Shown here in pieces: positions 1-11,009 of a stretch of 64,000 nucleotides of DNA (position 1 is the first letter of the stretch; every line of letters starts with the position of its first letter). Where the stretch lies: NCBI GenBank assembly GCA_016869285.1, contig VGEN01000003.1, forward strand, positions 150 through 64,149. Reading direction: 5' to 3'. Made by a program: the position numbers and the translations under genes. The notes beneath the pieces were generated by a model. It worked only from the letters and a program-made list of their open reading frames with translations, did not search any database and was not told where the DNA came from. The DNA comes from Alphaproteobacteria bacterium (GTDB lineage Bacteria > Pseudomonadota > Alphaproteobacteria > SHVZ01).

Positions 1-1
1 C

Positions 2-403
2 CGCCAGGGCATCGAAGACATCAACAACGTCCAGGCCCTGATCCTGTTCAATATCAGCGAGGACGAGCTGACGGTCGGCGAGCTGACCAACCGCGGCTAC
101 TACCTCGGCTCGAACGTCTCCTACAATGTGCGGAAGATGGTGGAAAACGGCTACCTTGCGCAGGAGCGTTCTGCCCATGACCGCCGCTCCATCCGGATCC
201 GGCTGTCGCCGAAGGGGCTCGATCTCTGCAAGCGCATCGCCGTGATGTTCGACTCTCATGCAGGCGCGATCTCGCAGGGTACGCTCAAGGAAGACCAGCT
301 GAAGACTGCGAGCCAGACCTATCGCGAGCTCGAGCGGTTCTGGGCCGGCCTCCTCGACTACGGCGCCCGTATCCCGCGTATCGGCCAGTCCACGGCCGCC
401 TAA
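2..403 (+). CDS. MarR-family winged-helix transcriptional regulator, 5' end outside window
   Basis: Open frame from base 2 with no stop. C-terminal region shows MarR-like wing (SAHDRRSIRIRLSPKGLDL). Followed by an inverted-repeat hairpin at about 430-455. Confidence 0.5.
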   Translation, partial: RQGIEDINNVQALILFNISEDELTVGELTNRGYYLGSNVSYNVRKMVENGYLAQERSAHDRRSIRIRLSPKGLDLCKRIAVMFDSHAGAISQGTLKEDQLKTASQTYRELERFWAGLLDYGARIPRIGQSTAA

Positions 404-522
404 GCCTTCACTCTCAGTTGGCTGGCAGCTGCAACCCGGCAGCCAGCCCGATCCTTGATGCGGCAATGGGCTAAGCAGGCTGCTAGAGTGCCCGGCCTTT
501 CGCCCGCTTTTTAAGGATCCTC

Positions 523-1845
523 ATGCGTCGCTCACAGCTTTTCCTCCCGACCCTCAAGGAAACGCCGACCGAGGCGCAGATCGTCTCGCATCGGCTGATG
601 CTGCGCGCCGGTATGGTCCGCCAGACATCGGCCGGCATCTATGCCTGGCTGCCGATGGGCTTTCGCGTCCTGAAGAAAATCGAGCAGATCGTGCGCGAGG
701 AGCAGGACCGCTCCGGCGCGCAAGAGGTGCTGATGCCGACGCTGCAGCCGGCCGACCTCTGGCGGCAGAGCGGACGCTACGAGGACTACGGCAAGGAGAT
801 GCTGCGCATCAAGGACCGGCACGACCGCGACATGCTCTACGGGCCGACCAACGAGGAGATGATCACCGAGATCTTCAAGGCCTATGTGAAGAGCTATCGC
901 GAGCTGCCGAAGAACCTCTACCACATCCAGTGGAAGTTCCGGGACGAGGTCAGGCCTCGCTTCGGCGTGATGCGCGGGCGCGAGTTCCTGATGAAGGACG
1001 CGTATTCCTTCGACCTCGACTTCGCCGCCTCCAAGCACGCCTACAACAAGATGTTCGTGGCCTACCTCAAGACCTATGCCCGTATGGGGTTGAAGGCGAT
1101 CCCGATGCGCGCCGACACCGGACCGATCGGCGGCGACCTCAGCCACGAGTTCATCATCCTGGCCGAGACCGGCGAGAGCCAGGTCTTCTGCCACAAGGAC
1201 TATGTCGATTTCGATGTCGCGAGCCAGACGATCGATTTCGACGACGTGGCCGGCGTCGAGAAGATCGTCCAGCGCTGGACCAGCCTCTACGCGGCGACCG
1301 ATGAAAAGCACGACGCGGCGGAGTTCGAAAAGATACCGCCTGACCGGCGCGTGACGGCGCGCGGCATCGAGGTCGGCCACATCTTCCATTTCGGCACGAA
1401 GTACTCCGAGCCTCTTGGCGCCAGGGTCGCCGGCCCCGGCGGCGAGCCGGTGACGGTGCTGATGGGCTCCTACGGCATCGGCGTCTCGCGCCTCGTCGGC
1501 GGCATCATCGAGGCGAGCCATGACGAGGCGGGCATCATCTGGCCGGAGTCGGTCGCACCCTGGGGCGTCGGCATCGTCAATCTCAAGCTCGGCGATGCCG
1601 GGTGCGACAAGGTTTCCGGCGATCTCTACGCCAAGCTCGAGAAAGCCGGTCGCGAGCCGCTCTACGACGATCGCGACGAGCGCCCTGGCTCGAAATTCGC
1701 GGACATGGACCTGATCGGCCTTCCCTGGCAGATCGCGGTCGGGCCGCGTGGGCTCAAATCCGGCGTCGTCGAGCTCAAGTGCCGCAAGACCGGCGAGAAG
1801 CAGGAGCTGTCGCCCGAAGCGGCGCTCAACAAGCTCGCGGGCTGA
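523..1845 (+). CDS. proS: proline--tRNA ligase (short alphaproteobacterial form, 440 aa)
   Basis: Class II aaRS motifs and typical ProS N-terminus ([15 protein letters not shown]...). Overlaps the next gene as TGATG. Confidence 0.92.
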   Translation: MRRSQLFLPTLKETPTEAQIVSHRLMLRAGMVRQTSAGIYAWLPMGFRVLKKIEQIVREEQDRSGAQEVLMPTLQPADLWRQSGRYEDYGKEMLRIKDRHDRDMLYGPTNEEMITEIFKAYVKSYRELPKNLYHIQWKFRDEVRPRFGVMRGREFLMKDAYSFDLDFAASKHAYNKMFVAYLKTYARMGLKAIPMRADTGPIGGDLSHEFIILAETGESQVFCHKDYVDFDVASQTIDFDDVAGVEKIVQRWTSLYAATDEKHDAAEFEKIPPDRRVTARGIEVGHIFHFGTKYSEPLGARVAGPGGEPVTVLMGSYGIGVSRLVGGIIEASHDEAGIIWPESVAPWGVGIVNLKLGDAGCDKVSGDLYAKLEKAGREPLYDDRDERPGSKFADMDLIGLPWQIAVGPRGLKSGVVELKCRKTGEKQELSPEAALNKLAG

Positions 1846-3084
1846 TGGCCGCTTTCGGGACTTTCGAGCGGATGATGGCGACGCGCTACCTGCGCGCGCG
1901 CCGTCAGGAAGGCTTCATCTCGGTCATCGCGTGGTTCTCGCTGATCGGCATCGCGCTCGGCGTCGCCACGCTGATCATCGTGATGAGCGTGATGAACGGA
2001 TTCCGCCACGAGCTGATCACCCGCATCGTCGGCTTCAACGGCCACATCACGATCTACAGCAATGCGGGCCCGGTCCCGGACTACGACGACGTCACGCGTT
2101 CGGTGCGCGGGCTTGCCGGCGTGACCTCCGCGGCACCGATCATCGACGGCCAGGTGATGGCGACCGCCAACGGGATAGCCGCCGGCGCGCTTGTCCGCGG
2201 CGTCCGCTCCGCCGATCTGGTTTCGCGCCGGACTTTCGAGGGCAAGCTTCGCGGCGGCAAGCTCGACGGCTTCGACGACGATGAGGTGATCATCGGCTAT
2301 CGCCTCTCGCAGAAGCTCAGGGTCGGAGTCGGCGACAAGCTCACGCTGGTCGCGCCGAGCTTCCAGGCGACCGCACTCGGCAGCCTGCCGCGCACCCGCG
2401 CCTATACGGTCGGCGCCATCTTCGATGTCGGCATGGCCGAGATCGATGCCGCCTATGTCTTCATGCCGCTCGAGGCGGCGCAGGTGTTCTTCCGCTTGCC
2501 GGAAGCGGCCTCCGGCGTCGAGGTCATGCTCGAGGATCCGACGCGCATCGGCGAGTTCCGCGCCGTGGCGCAAGGCCGTCTCGGCCCGAACTACCGCCTC
2601 TTCGACTGGCAGCAGGCCAACGCCAGCATCATGAACGCGGTCAAGGTCGAGCGGAACGTCATGTTCCTGATCCTGACCCTGATCATCCTGGTCGCCGCCT
2701 TCAACATCATCTCGTCCTTGATCATGCTGGTGAAGGACAAGACGCGCGACATCGCGATCCTCCGCACCATGGGGGCGACACCCGGCGCAATCATGCGCGT
2801 TTTCTTCATGAGCGGCGCCGCGGTCGGGGTCCTGGGCACCCTCTTCGGATTCGGGCTCGGGCTTTCCTTCGCTCTCAACATCGAGACGATCCGGCGCTGG
2901 ATCGAGAAACTCTCGGGCGCGGAGCTGTTCTCCGCCGAGATCTATTTCCTCTCGCAGCTTCCCTCCCGCGTCGAGCCGCCGGAGGTCATCGCCGTCGTGC
3001 TGATGGCGATCGGGCTCTCGTTCCTCGCGACCCTCTATCCCTCGTGGCGGGCATCGCGGCTCGATCCGGTCGAGGCGCTTCGCT

Positions 3085-3092
<8 letters not shown>
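1845..3092 (+). CDS. lolC: lipoprotein-releasing system transmembrane permease LolC/E
   Basis: FtsX-like permease. N-terminal TM MSVMNGF motif, large periplasmic loop, C-terminal TM bundle. ATG overlaps proS stop; an alternative start at the MMATRYL ATG is possible. Confidence 0.85.
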
Positions 3093-3765
<673 letters not shown>

Positions 3766-3767
3766 AC

Positions 3768-3798
3768 CGACCCGGTCCCTCTCGGCCGCGGCCGAGGC
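3768..3798. terminator. GC palindrome (CTCGGCCGCGGCCGAG) between convergent lolD and PhyH-like gene
   Basis: Perfect 16-nt palindrome lying between two convergent stop codons. No T-tract. Confidence 0.35.
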
Positions 3799-4602
3799 TT
3801 AGATGTTGTGACCGATCCTGAAGTCGTTCCTGCCCGTGCGGTCCTGGCCGCGCAGGAGCCAGAGCGGCCGGCGGGCGAAGTCGACGGTGTAGCCGCTCTT
3901 GTCGGTGGTGGCGATCAGGTCGCGGTCGAAATGCGAGGTCGCAGGCATGTAGCGGATGGCGACTCCGGCGCGGCGCTGAGGCGAGCGGTTCGGTGCCGAG
4001 CCGTGGATCATGTAGACGTCGTGCAGCGACATCTGGCCGGGCTCGAGCTCGATGTCGACGGCCGTCGCCTCATCGAAGGTGCCGTCAACCGCCCGCTGGG
4101 TCAGGACCAGATCCTTGCGGTCCTCCGTCAGATGCGGGTGCAGAACCTTGCCGCGATGCGAGCCCGGGATCACGCGAAGGCAGCCATTTTCGCGTGTCGA
4201 CGGGTCGAGCGCGATCCAGGCGGTGCATGTGGCGATCGGACGGATCGGCCAGTACTGGCCGTCCTGATGCCACGGGACCTCCATACCGTCGCCGCCCGGC
4301 TTGCAGAAGATCTGGCAGCCCCAAAGGACGATGTCGGGGCCGATCGCATCCTCGACCAGGTCCAGGATCGCCTCGTCGCGCGCGAGGTCGAGGAAAGCGC
4401 GGCTGCCGCGCACCCCTTCCGAATTCCTCCCCTCGATATGCGCGCTGACCAGCCGCTCCGGGCGGATCGTCGGATTGTCGCGGATCAGCGTGTCCAGGAC
4501 CGCGCGCAGCGCATCGACACGGTCTCGCGCCAGGCGATAGCGGGGGACGACATAGCCGTCTTCGCGGTACTTCTCCCGTTCGCCGGCATCGAGGCGCGGC
4601 AT
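3799..4602 (-). CDS. phytanoyl-CoA dioxygenase (PhyH) family Fe(II)/2OG oxygenase
   Basis: PhyH-like sequence with HxD...H triad (WHQDGQYW...HRGKVLH). Start set at the internal Met (MPRLDAGE) 4 nt downstream of the upstream amidase stop. The upstream ORF extension is an S/R/C-rich, non-protein-like extension. Confidence 0.75.
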   Translation of the reverse strand: MPRLDAGEREKYREDGYVVPRYRLARDRVDALRAVLDTLIRDNPTIRPERLVSAHIEGRNSEGVRGSRAFLDLARDEAILDLVEDAIGPDIVLWGCQIFCKPGGDGMEVPWHQDGQYWPIRPIATCTAWIALDPSTRENGCLRVIPGSHRGKVLHPHLTEDRKDLVLTQRAVDGTFDEATAVDIELEPGQMSLHDVYMIHGSAPNRSPQRRAGVAIRYMPATSHFDRDLIATTDKSGYTVDFARRPLWLLRGQDRTGRNDFRIGHNI

Positions 4603-4606
4603 GCGA

Positions 4607-6007
4607 TCAGAGATCCGGGCGCCGGTCGCGCCAGCCGGCCGCCTGCTCATAGGCATGGCCGGCGCGGAGCACGAGCACGTCGTCATGCGGCTTGGCGGCG
4701 ATCTGGATCGACAGCGGCAGTCCCTCGGACGAGAAGCCGGCGCAGACACTGGCCGATGGCGCTCCGGTGACGTTGAATGGCGTCATCACCAACCGGCCGC
4801 GGCCGAGGACGGAGGGCAGCTCGTAGAGCTCGTCCAGCGTCGGCGCCGGCGCGAGCGAGCAGCCGGTCACCACGACATCGACCTTGGCCAGAGTCTCGTC
4901 GTAGACGCGGCAGAGCTGGGTGCGATAGCGAAGCGCCTGGATGTAGTCCGAGGCCGACAGCATCGCGCCCGAGAGCAGGCGCTCGCGTGTCACGCGCGCG
5001 AAGATGTGCGGGCGCGTGCGCAGATCCTTCTCATGGATGGCATAAGCCTCCGCCTGCAGGATCACGCGGCAGCACGCATCCCAGTCGGCAAGCGGCGGAA
5101 GCTCTATATCGACAAGCCTGGCGCCGAGCTTCTTGAAGACCTGAAGCGCATCCTCGATCGCTTTCCGCGCCTCCTTCGTCGCTTCGACATCCTTCTCGAA
5201 GAAGCGGCGGATCACGCCGATTTTCATGCCGCGGATGCCGCCCTGGAGCGCGCGTGCGTAGTTGGCGGGCTTCATCGGCGCCGAGGAGGCGGGGTCGGCG
5301 GCGTCGGGACCGGCGACCGCATCGAGCAGCATCGCGCCGTCCTCGAGTGTCCAGGTCATCGGCCCGCAGTGATCGAGCGAGAAGGAGAGAGGATAGACGC
5401 CGGCGCGGCTGACCAGGCCGTAGGTCGGCTTGAAGCCGGCGATGCCGCAGAAGGCCGAAGGCCCGCGGATCGACCCCGAGGTATCCGAGCCCATGGTCGC
5501 GGTGACGAGCCCGGCGGCCATAGCGGAGCCGGAGCCGGAGGAAGAACCGCCGGTGAAATGGCTCGCCTTCCACGGATTGACCGCGGGCGGGAAGGGCAGG
5601 TCCTTGGCCGGGCCGCCGGTCGCGAATTCATGCGTGGCAAGCTTGCCGACCAGGATCATGCCGGCTTCGCCGAGCTTCGCCGCGACCGTCGAATCCGCCT
5701 TCGGCACGTTGTGCAACAGCACTTTCGAGTGCGCCGTCGTGCGAACGCCCTTGGTCGAATAGATGTCTTTCAGGCCCAGCGGAATGCCGTGCAGCGGCCC
5801 GATGCGCCGACCCGCCTTGATCTGGCCATGCGCTTTCCTGGCCGCCTTGCGGGCGTCGTCGGCGAGCACGAGCACGAAGGCGTTGAGCTTCTTGTTCAGC
5901 TTGGCGATGCGCTCGAGCGAGGCGTCGACGAGCTCTATCGGCGAGAGCCTGCCCTTTGCGATACGCCGCGAGGCTTCCGCCACCGTCAGATAGTGCAGGT
6001 CGGTCAT
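4607..6007 (-). CDS. amidase-signature (AS) family amidase, paralog 1
   Basis: Ser-cisSer-Lys AS motif region GGSSSGSGSAMAAG and GSDTSGSIRGP. 466 aa. Confidence 0.85.
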   Translation of the reverse strand: MTDLHYLTVAEASRRIAKGRLSPIELVDASLERIAKLNKKLNAFVLVLADDARKAARKAHGQIKAGRRIGPLHGIPLGLKDIYSTKGVRTTAHSKVLLHNVPKADSTVAAKLGEAGMILVGKLATHEFATGGPAKDLPFPPAVNPWKASHFTGGSSSGSGSAMAAGLVTATMGSDTSGSIRGPSAFCGIAGFKPTYGLVSRAGVYPLSFSLDHCGPMTWTLEDGAMLLDAVAGPDAADPASSAPMKPANYARALQGGIRGMKIGVIRRFFEKDVEATKEARKAIEDALQVFKKLGARLVDIELPPLADWDACCRVILQAEAYAIHEKDLRTRPHIFARVTRERLLSGAMLSASDYIQALRYRTQLCRVYDETLAKVDVVVTGCSLAPAPTLDELYELPSVLGRGRLVMTPFNVTGAPSASVCAGFSSEGLPLSIQIAAKPHDDVLVLRAGHAYEQAAGWRDRRPDL

Positions 6008-6010
6008 GCG

Positions 6011-7480
6011 CTAGTTCCCCCGGCTGGGGTGGAAGAGGTGCGAGGGTTCGTCCGCGTAGGAAAAGTCGCGCGGCACGCGCTGAGTTGCGGCCTTGTTCGC
6101 GCGGTCGGCTTCCTCGGTCGAGGCCATGAGGGCGTCATCGAGGGTAAGGCCGGCACGCCGGACCATGGCGGCGATCGGCGCCGGCTTCGGCAGCAGAGGG
6201 GGCGGCAGGCGCCCGAGCAACGCGAAGGCCCAGTCGGCAAGGGCCAGCAGCGCGCGATCGCTGCCGCGTCGGCTGACGAGCTGGACGGCGAGCGGCAGGC
6301 GGTTGGGACCGAGCCGCACCGGCAGGCTGACACAGGGTGTATCGACGAAGGTCCAGAGCCGGTTGAACTCGGGATCGCCGGTGAAGGAGAGACCGAACGG
6401 GGCCTCACCGGGCGCGGCCGGCGTCAGGATCGCATCATAGTCCTTGAGAAAGGCGTCGACCGTGGCGATGGCGGTTTCGCGTGTCGCTTCAGCCTCGGCG
6501 ATCAGCGCGGACGAACAGGCAAGCCCCGCAAGGATGCGGTCGCGGAAGCTGACCGACATCAGGTCGCGATGCTCCTGCCACTCCTTCTCGAAGGCGCGGG
6601 CGGCGCCGAGGGCCATCAGGATTTCCTGCGCGGCAAAAGCACGGTCGCAGGAGCTCGGCAGCTCGATGCGGTCAATCGTCGCATGCGGCGCGAGCTTGGT
6701 TGCGGATTCGTCGAGCGCTTCTGCGGCAGCGGCATCGAGCGGCACCCGCGCTGCCGTCCGCATCACGGCGATGCGCGGCTTCCGCGAGACCGTCGGCCGT
6801 ACGTCCTTCACGCCGGCGAGAACGGAGTGGAACAGCAGCAGGTCGTCGGGCGAGCGCGCATAGCCGCCGAGCGTGTCGAGATCGGCGGCCAGCGACTGGA
6901 TGCCGCAAAGCGAGAGCGCGCCGCGCGTCGCCTTGAAGCCGACGCAGCCGCAATAGGCGGCTGGCCGTATCACCGATCCCGCCGTCTGCGTCGCGAAGGC
7001 GAGCGGGAGGATGCCGGCCGCGACCGCTGAGGCAGAACCGGAGGACGAGCCGCCCGGCGTGTGGCGGAGGTTGTAGGGATTGCCGGTCGGGCCAGGGTGA
7101 CGGCCGGCGAACTCGGTCGTGACCGTCTTGCCGAAGGCGATGCCGGAGGCCTTGCGCACCGCCTCGACGCAGTCGGCATCCGTCGACGGCCGGTGCCCGC
7201 GGCGGATCGGCGAGTTGCACTCGGTCGGCATATCGGCTGTGTCGATGATGTCCTTGACGCCGACCGGCACCCCGGCGAGCGCGCCCTTCTTCCTCGCCTT
7301 GTCGACCGCACGCGCCTGGGCGCGCGCAAGCTCGGGCTCGAGATAGGCAAAGGCGCGCAAGCTCGGCTCGATCGCCTGCACGCGCTCGAGATAGGCCTCG
7401 TTCAGCGCTTCGGCGGAGAGGCGGCCGGAGCGGACGGCCTCTGCTGCCGCTCGCGCGGAGAGATCGGCGGGGCCGGTCAT
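6011..7480 (-). CDS. AS-family amidase, paralog 2
   Basis: GGSSSGSASAVAAG...ATQTAGSVIRP. About 70% identical by eye to paralog 3 over the N-terminal half. Confidence 0.85.
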   Translation of the reverse strand: MTGPADLSARAAAEAVRSGRLSAEALNEAYLERVQAIEPSLRAFAYLEPELARAQARAVDKARKKGALAGVPVGVKDIIDTADMPTECNSPIRRGHRPSTDADCVEAVRKASGIAFGKTVTTEFAGRHPGPTGNPYNLRHTPGGSSSGSASAVAAGILPLAFATQTAGSVIRPAAYCGCVGFKATRGALSLCGIQSLAADLDTLGGYARSPDDLLLFHSVLAGVKDVRPTVSRKPRIAVMRTAARVPLDAAAAEALDESATKLAPHATIDRIELPSSCDRAFAAQEILMALGAARAFEKEWQEHRDLMSVSFRDRILAGLACSSALIAEAEATRETAIATVDAFLKDYDAILTPAAPGEAPFGLSFTGDPEFNRLWTFVDTPCVSLPVRLGPNRLPLAVQLVSRRGSDRALLALADWAFALLGRLPPPLLPKPAPIAAMVRRAGLTLDDALMASTEEADRANKAATQRVPRDFSYADEPSHLFHPSRGN

Positions 7481-8952
7481 CGCGGGCGCCGCCGGCTCGG
7501 CGCGAAGATGTGCGCCGGTTCGACCTCGTAGGCGAGATCGCGCGGCATCCTGCCCGCCATTTCTTGCAGCACCTTGTCGCCCTCGGCCCAGGCCTGACTT
7601 AGGGCTTCATCGAGCGCGAGCCCGGCGCGGCGTTCGAGGGCAGCCATCGGCCTCGCCTCGGGCAGCTTCGGCGGCGCGATGCCGCCGAGGATCGTGTAGG
7701 CCCATTCCGAGAGCGCCAGCAGGAAGCGGTCATTGCCGCGCGCACCGACGAGCTGGAGCCCGACCGGAAGCCGGTTCGGGCCGAGGCCGACCGGAAGGCT
7801 GACCGAGGGCGTGCCGAGGAAGGTCCAGAGCCGATTGAAGTCCGGATTGCCGGTCCAGTGGTAGCCCCTCGGCGCCTCGCCGGCGGCAGCAGGGGTGAGG
7901 ATCGCGTCATAGCCTTCGAAGAAGCGGTCGATCGCAGCGATGCAGGCGGTGCGGGTTTCCTCGGCTTCGGCGATGCGCGCCCGGGAGTGGCCGCGACCTG
8001 ACTCGATCGCCTGCAGCAGCGTCACGCTTAAGAGATCGTGATGCCGCTTCTCCAGCTCGTCAAAGGCCTGGGCAATGCCGGAGGAGATCAGCACGTTCTG
8101 CGCGTCGAACCCGCTGTCCAAGGCCGGCAGCTCAATCTGATCGATCTTCTCGGCATGCGCCGCGAGGCGATGCGTCGCCGCTTCGAGCAGATCGGCGCTG
8201 GCCGGCTCGATCTTCGCGCGCATCGCCGTCCGGACCACGGCAAGCCGCGGCTTCCGCGGCAGCTTCGGCTGCGTGTCCTTGACCCCGGCCAGCACGGCGT
8301 GGAACAGGAGCGCGTCATCGGCGCTGCGCGCATAGAACCCGAGCGTGTCGAGGCTGGAAGCGAGCGGGTGAACGCCCTTGAGCGACAGCGACTCGCGCGT
8401 CGCCTTGTAGCCGAAGCAACCGCAATAGGAGGCCGGGCGGATCACCGATCCCCCGGTCTGCGTGCCGAAGGCGAAGGGGACGAGACCGGCGGCGACCGCG
8501 GCGGCTGACCCTGAGGAAGACCCGCCCGGCGTATGCGCGAAGCTGTAGGGATTCGCCGTCGGTCCCGGAAAGCTGCCGGCGAACTCCGTGGTCACGCATT
8601 TGCCGAGAATGACGCCCATGGCGGCGCGCACCGCGGCGACGCAGTCGGCGTCTTCAGCCGGCCGGTTGCCAGCGAAGATCGCCGAGTTGCACTCGGTCGG
8701 CATGTCCTTGGTGTCGATGATGTCCTTGACGCCGACCGGGATGCCGGCGAGCGCGCCCTTCTTCCTCGCCTTGTCGACGGCCCGCGCCTGCGCGCGTGCC
8801 GACGCCGGGTCGAGATAGGCGAAGGAGCGGAGCCGGGGCTCGATCGCCTCGACCCGCTCCAGATAGGCCTCGACCAGCGCTTCCGCCTTGAGCATTCCCG
8901 CGGCGACCGCTCGCGCCGCCTCGCGGGCGGAGAGATCGGCGGGACCGGCCAT
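7477..8952 (-). CDS. AS-family amidase, paralog 3
   Basis: Starts at MAGPADLSAREAARAV, the internal Met of the 940-aa track ORF. The upstream part of that ORF is the out-of-frame shadow of the next gene. GGSSSGSAAAVAAG motif. Confidence 0.8.
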   Translation of the reverse strand: MAGPADLSAREAARAVAAGMLKAEALVEAYLERVEAIEPRLRSFAYLDPASARAQARAVDKARKKGALAGIPVGVKDIIDTKDMPTECNSAIFAGNRPAEDADCVAAVRAAMGVILGKCVTTEFAGSFPGPTANPYSFAHTPGGSSSGSAAAVAAGLVPFAFGTQTGGSVIRPASYCGCFGYKATRESLSLKGVHPLASSLDTLGFYARSADDALLFHAVLAGVKDTQPKLPRKPRLAVVRTAMRAKIEPASADLLEAATHRLAAHAEKIDQIELPALDSGFDAQNVLISSGIAQAFDELEKRHHDLLSVTLLQAIESGRGHSRARIAEAEETRTACIAAIDRFFEGYDAILTPAAAGEAPRGYHWTGNPDFNRLWTFLGTPSVSLPVGLGPNRLPVGLQLVGARGNDRFLLALSEWAYTILGGIAPPKLPEARPMAALERRAGLALDEALSQAWAEGDKVLQEMAGRMPRDLAYEVEPAHIFAPSRRRPR

Positions 8953-8954
8953 CG

Positions 8955-10115
8955 TTACCGGGTCCGCCCCGGCTTGGCGATGCCGTCGAACCACCACTTG
9001 CCGCCGACCACCATCCCGGCATTCACCAGGCGGTGCTTGCCGACCAGCGTCTCGCCGAGCACGTCGGCGTACTCGAACTTGCCCTTGCGGTGGTCGAGCA
9101 CGACGGCGTCGCCGGCAGCGCCGACCTTGAGCGTGCCGAGATCGGCCCGCCGGATCGCCTTCGCCGGATTGACCGTGGCGGCGCGGATCACCTCGTTGAG
9201 CGGCATGCCGAGGCAGAGGAATTTCGAGAGCGTGATCATGTTGTCGAGCATGGTGTGCTCGATCGACAGGCAGTGAATGTCGGAGGAGATGCAGTCCGGA
9301 TAGAAGCCGTTGTCGATCATCTCCCGCCCGGTCTTGAAGCCGAAGGAACCGGCGCCATGGCCGACATCGAAGAAGATGCCGCGAGCGCGCGCCTCGTTGA
9401 TCTCCGAGCGCACGCGGCCGGCGCCGTCGATCGGGGCGTTCGGGAAGGGGCGGAAGCAATGCGTCAGCACATCGCCCGGACGCATGCGGTCGAGCACCTC
9501 GCGCCGCGACGGCGGCGGATGGTCGAGGTGGCACATGACGGGAAGCCCGAGGTCGTCGGCGACCTCGACCGCCATGTCGAGCGGCATGTGGCCGGAGGTG
9601 CCGCCGGCTCCGCGTCCGACGCGCACCTTGATGCCGACGATGGTGTCGCGGTTCTCGGCCGCGACGCGCCGGCACTCGTTGACGTCGAGAAGCCTGATGT
9701 CCTGGCACTCGCCGACCATGGTCGTCTTCGAGAAGTAGGGGATGCCGGCGAAGGAGATATTGAGATAGGCGAGGATGCGGACCGGGCATGGCTCGATCAC
9801 ATGCTTGAGGAAGCCCGGATAGTTGCCGGGGCCGGCGGAGCCGGCATCGATCAGCGTCGTCGAACCGCCGTCCTTCGCCGTCTGCACCGGATCGACGCCG
9901 AGCGAGGTGCCGAGGTGGTAGATGTGGGTGTGCAGATCGAGGATGCCCGGCACCACGATCTTGCCCGAGACGTCGCGCGTCTCGCCTTTCGCCGACGCCT
10001 TCAGGTCCTTGCCGACGGCTGCGACTTTTCCCTTGCTGAACGCGACATCCGCGGTCGTGTCGAGCTCCTGGCTCGGGTCGATGACCCGGCCACCCTTCAG
10101 CACCAAGTCGTACAT
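8955..10115 (-). CDS. amidohydrolase-superfamily metallohydrolase (dihydroorotase-like / deacetylase-type)
   Basis: N-terminal metal-binding LDLHTHIYH motif typical of the amidohydrolase fold. 386 aa. First gene of the minus-strand operon. Confidence 0.75.
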   Translation of the reverse strand: MYDLVLKGGRVIDPSQELDTTADVAFSKGKVAAVGKDLKASAKGETRDVSGKIVVPGILDLHTHIYHLGTSLGVDPVQTAKDGGSTTLIDAGSAGPGNYPGFLKHVIEPCPVRILAYLNISFAGIPYFSKTTMVGECQDIRLLDVNECRRVAAENRDTIVGIKVRVGRGAGGTSGHMPLDMAVEVADDLGLPVMCHLDHPPPSRREVLDRMRPGDVLTHCFRPFPNAPIDGAGRVRSEINEARARGIFFDVGHGAGSFGFKTGREMIDNGFYPDCISSDIHCLSIEHTMLDNMITLSKFLCLGMPLNEVIRAATVNPAKAIRRADLGTLKVGAAGDAVVLDHRKGKFEYADVLGETLVGKHRLVNAGMVVGGKWWFDGIAKPGRTR

Positions 10116-10220
10116 GCAGATCCTTCCCCTCTGTGGGTGCGCTGACTATCGGAAAAATGTTTCGTCTCGGCAAGTTTGCTGGAATCGTGACGGCCGCCGC
10201 AAGGAAAAGGAGGACAAGCG

Positions 10221-10994
10221 ATGGAAATCGAGTGGTCGCGCCTGAAGGCGCATGAGCTGCAGGCGCTGGCCAAGAAGGACGGCATCGTCCTGGTGCCAAT
10301 CGGGGCGACCGAGCAGCACGGCCCGCACTTGCCGGTCATGGTCGACTATCGGCTCGCGACCGAGGTCTGCCGCCGCGCCGCACGGCTGGTCGCCAAGACC
10401 GATCCGATCGCGGTGACGCCGACGCTGCCCTTCGGCATGTCCGAGCATCACATGCCGCTCGGTGGCACGATCACGCTCGACTTCCCGACGATGCTGGCAA
10501 CCTTCCGCTGCGTCGTCCGCTCGCTGGTCCAGCACGGCTTCCGCCGCATCTTCATCCTGAACGGCCATGGCGGGAATACAGCGCCGCTCGACGTGATCGT
10601 CACCGAGCTCACCATCGAGTTCAAGATTCCGCTGGCTTACGCGACGTACTGGGGCATCGGCGCCAAGCGCATCGAGGCGCTGCTCGACCGCCAGAAGGCG
10701 CTGCTGCATGCCTGCGAGGCCGAGACCTCGATGATCATGGCGCTGACGCCCGAGCTGGTGGACAAGGACACGCTCTCGCAGATGCACGGGCCGTACATCC
10801 CTGGCAACTCGTCGATCGCCGGCGTCAATCCGGCCGCCTATCGCTGGCGTTACATCCCGACGCGCTCGCCCAACGGCGTCATCGGCGACGCTGCCACCGC
10901 CTCGGCCGAGAAGGGCGAGAAGCTGCTCGAGGCAATCGCCGAGGAGCTGGCGATCACCCTCAGGAACAAGGAGTTCTGGAACGCGCCGATCTGA
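10221..10994 (+). CDS. creatininase (creatinine amidohydrolase) family protein
   Basis: PIGATEQHGPHLP and ILNGHGGN motifs of the creatininase family. AAGGAGG ribosome-binding site 7 nt upstream. Divergent from the amidase operon. Confidence 0.8.
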   Translation: MEIEWSRLKAHELQALAKKDGIVLVPIGATEQHGPHLPVMVDYRLATEVCRRAARLVAKTDPIAVTPTLPFGMSEHHMPLGGTITLDFPTMLATFRCVVRSLVQHGFRRIFILNGHGGNTAPLDVIVTELTIEFKIPLAYATYWGIGAKRIEALLDRQKALLHACEAETSMIMALTPELVDKDTLSQMHGPYIPGNSSIAGVNPAAYRWRYIPTRSPNGVIGDAATASAEKGEKLLEAIAEELAITLRNKEFWNAPI

Positions 10995-11009
10995 GGGAGT
11001 TGAGACATT

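Noticed and set aside
4601-7030. 809-aa plus-strand ORF
   Set aside because: Antisense shadow of the amidase genes in high-GC DNA. Its product is a low-complexity R/A/G-rich protein with no domain-like sequence.
7477-10299. 940-aa minus-strand ORF as a single gene
   Set aside because: Its N-terminal two thirds are the out-of-frame shadow of the amidohydrolase gene (8955..10115). Only the C-terminal 491 aa (amidase paralog 3) form a real domain.
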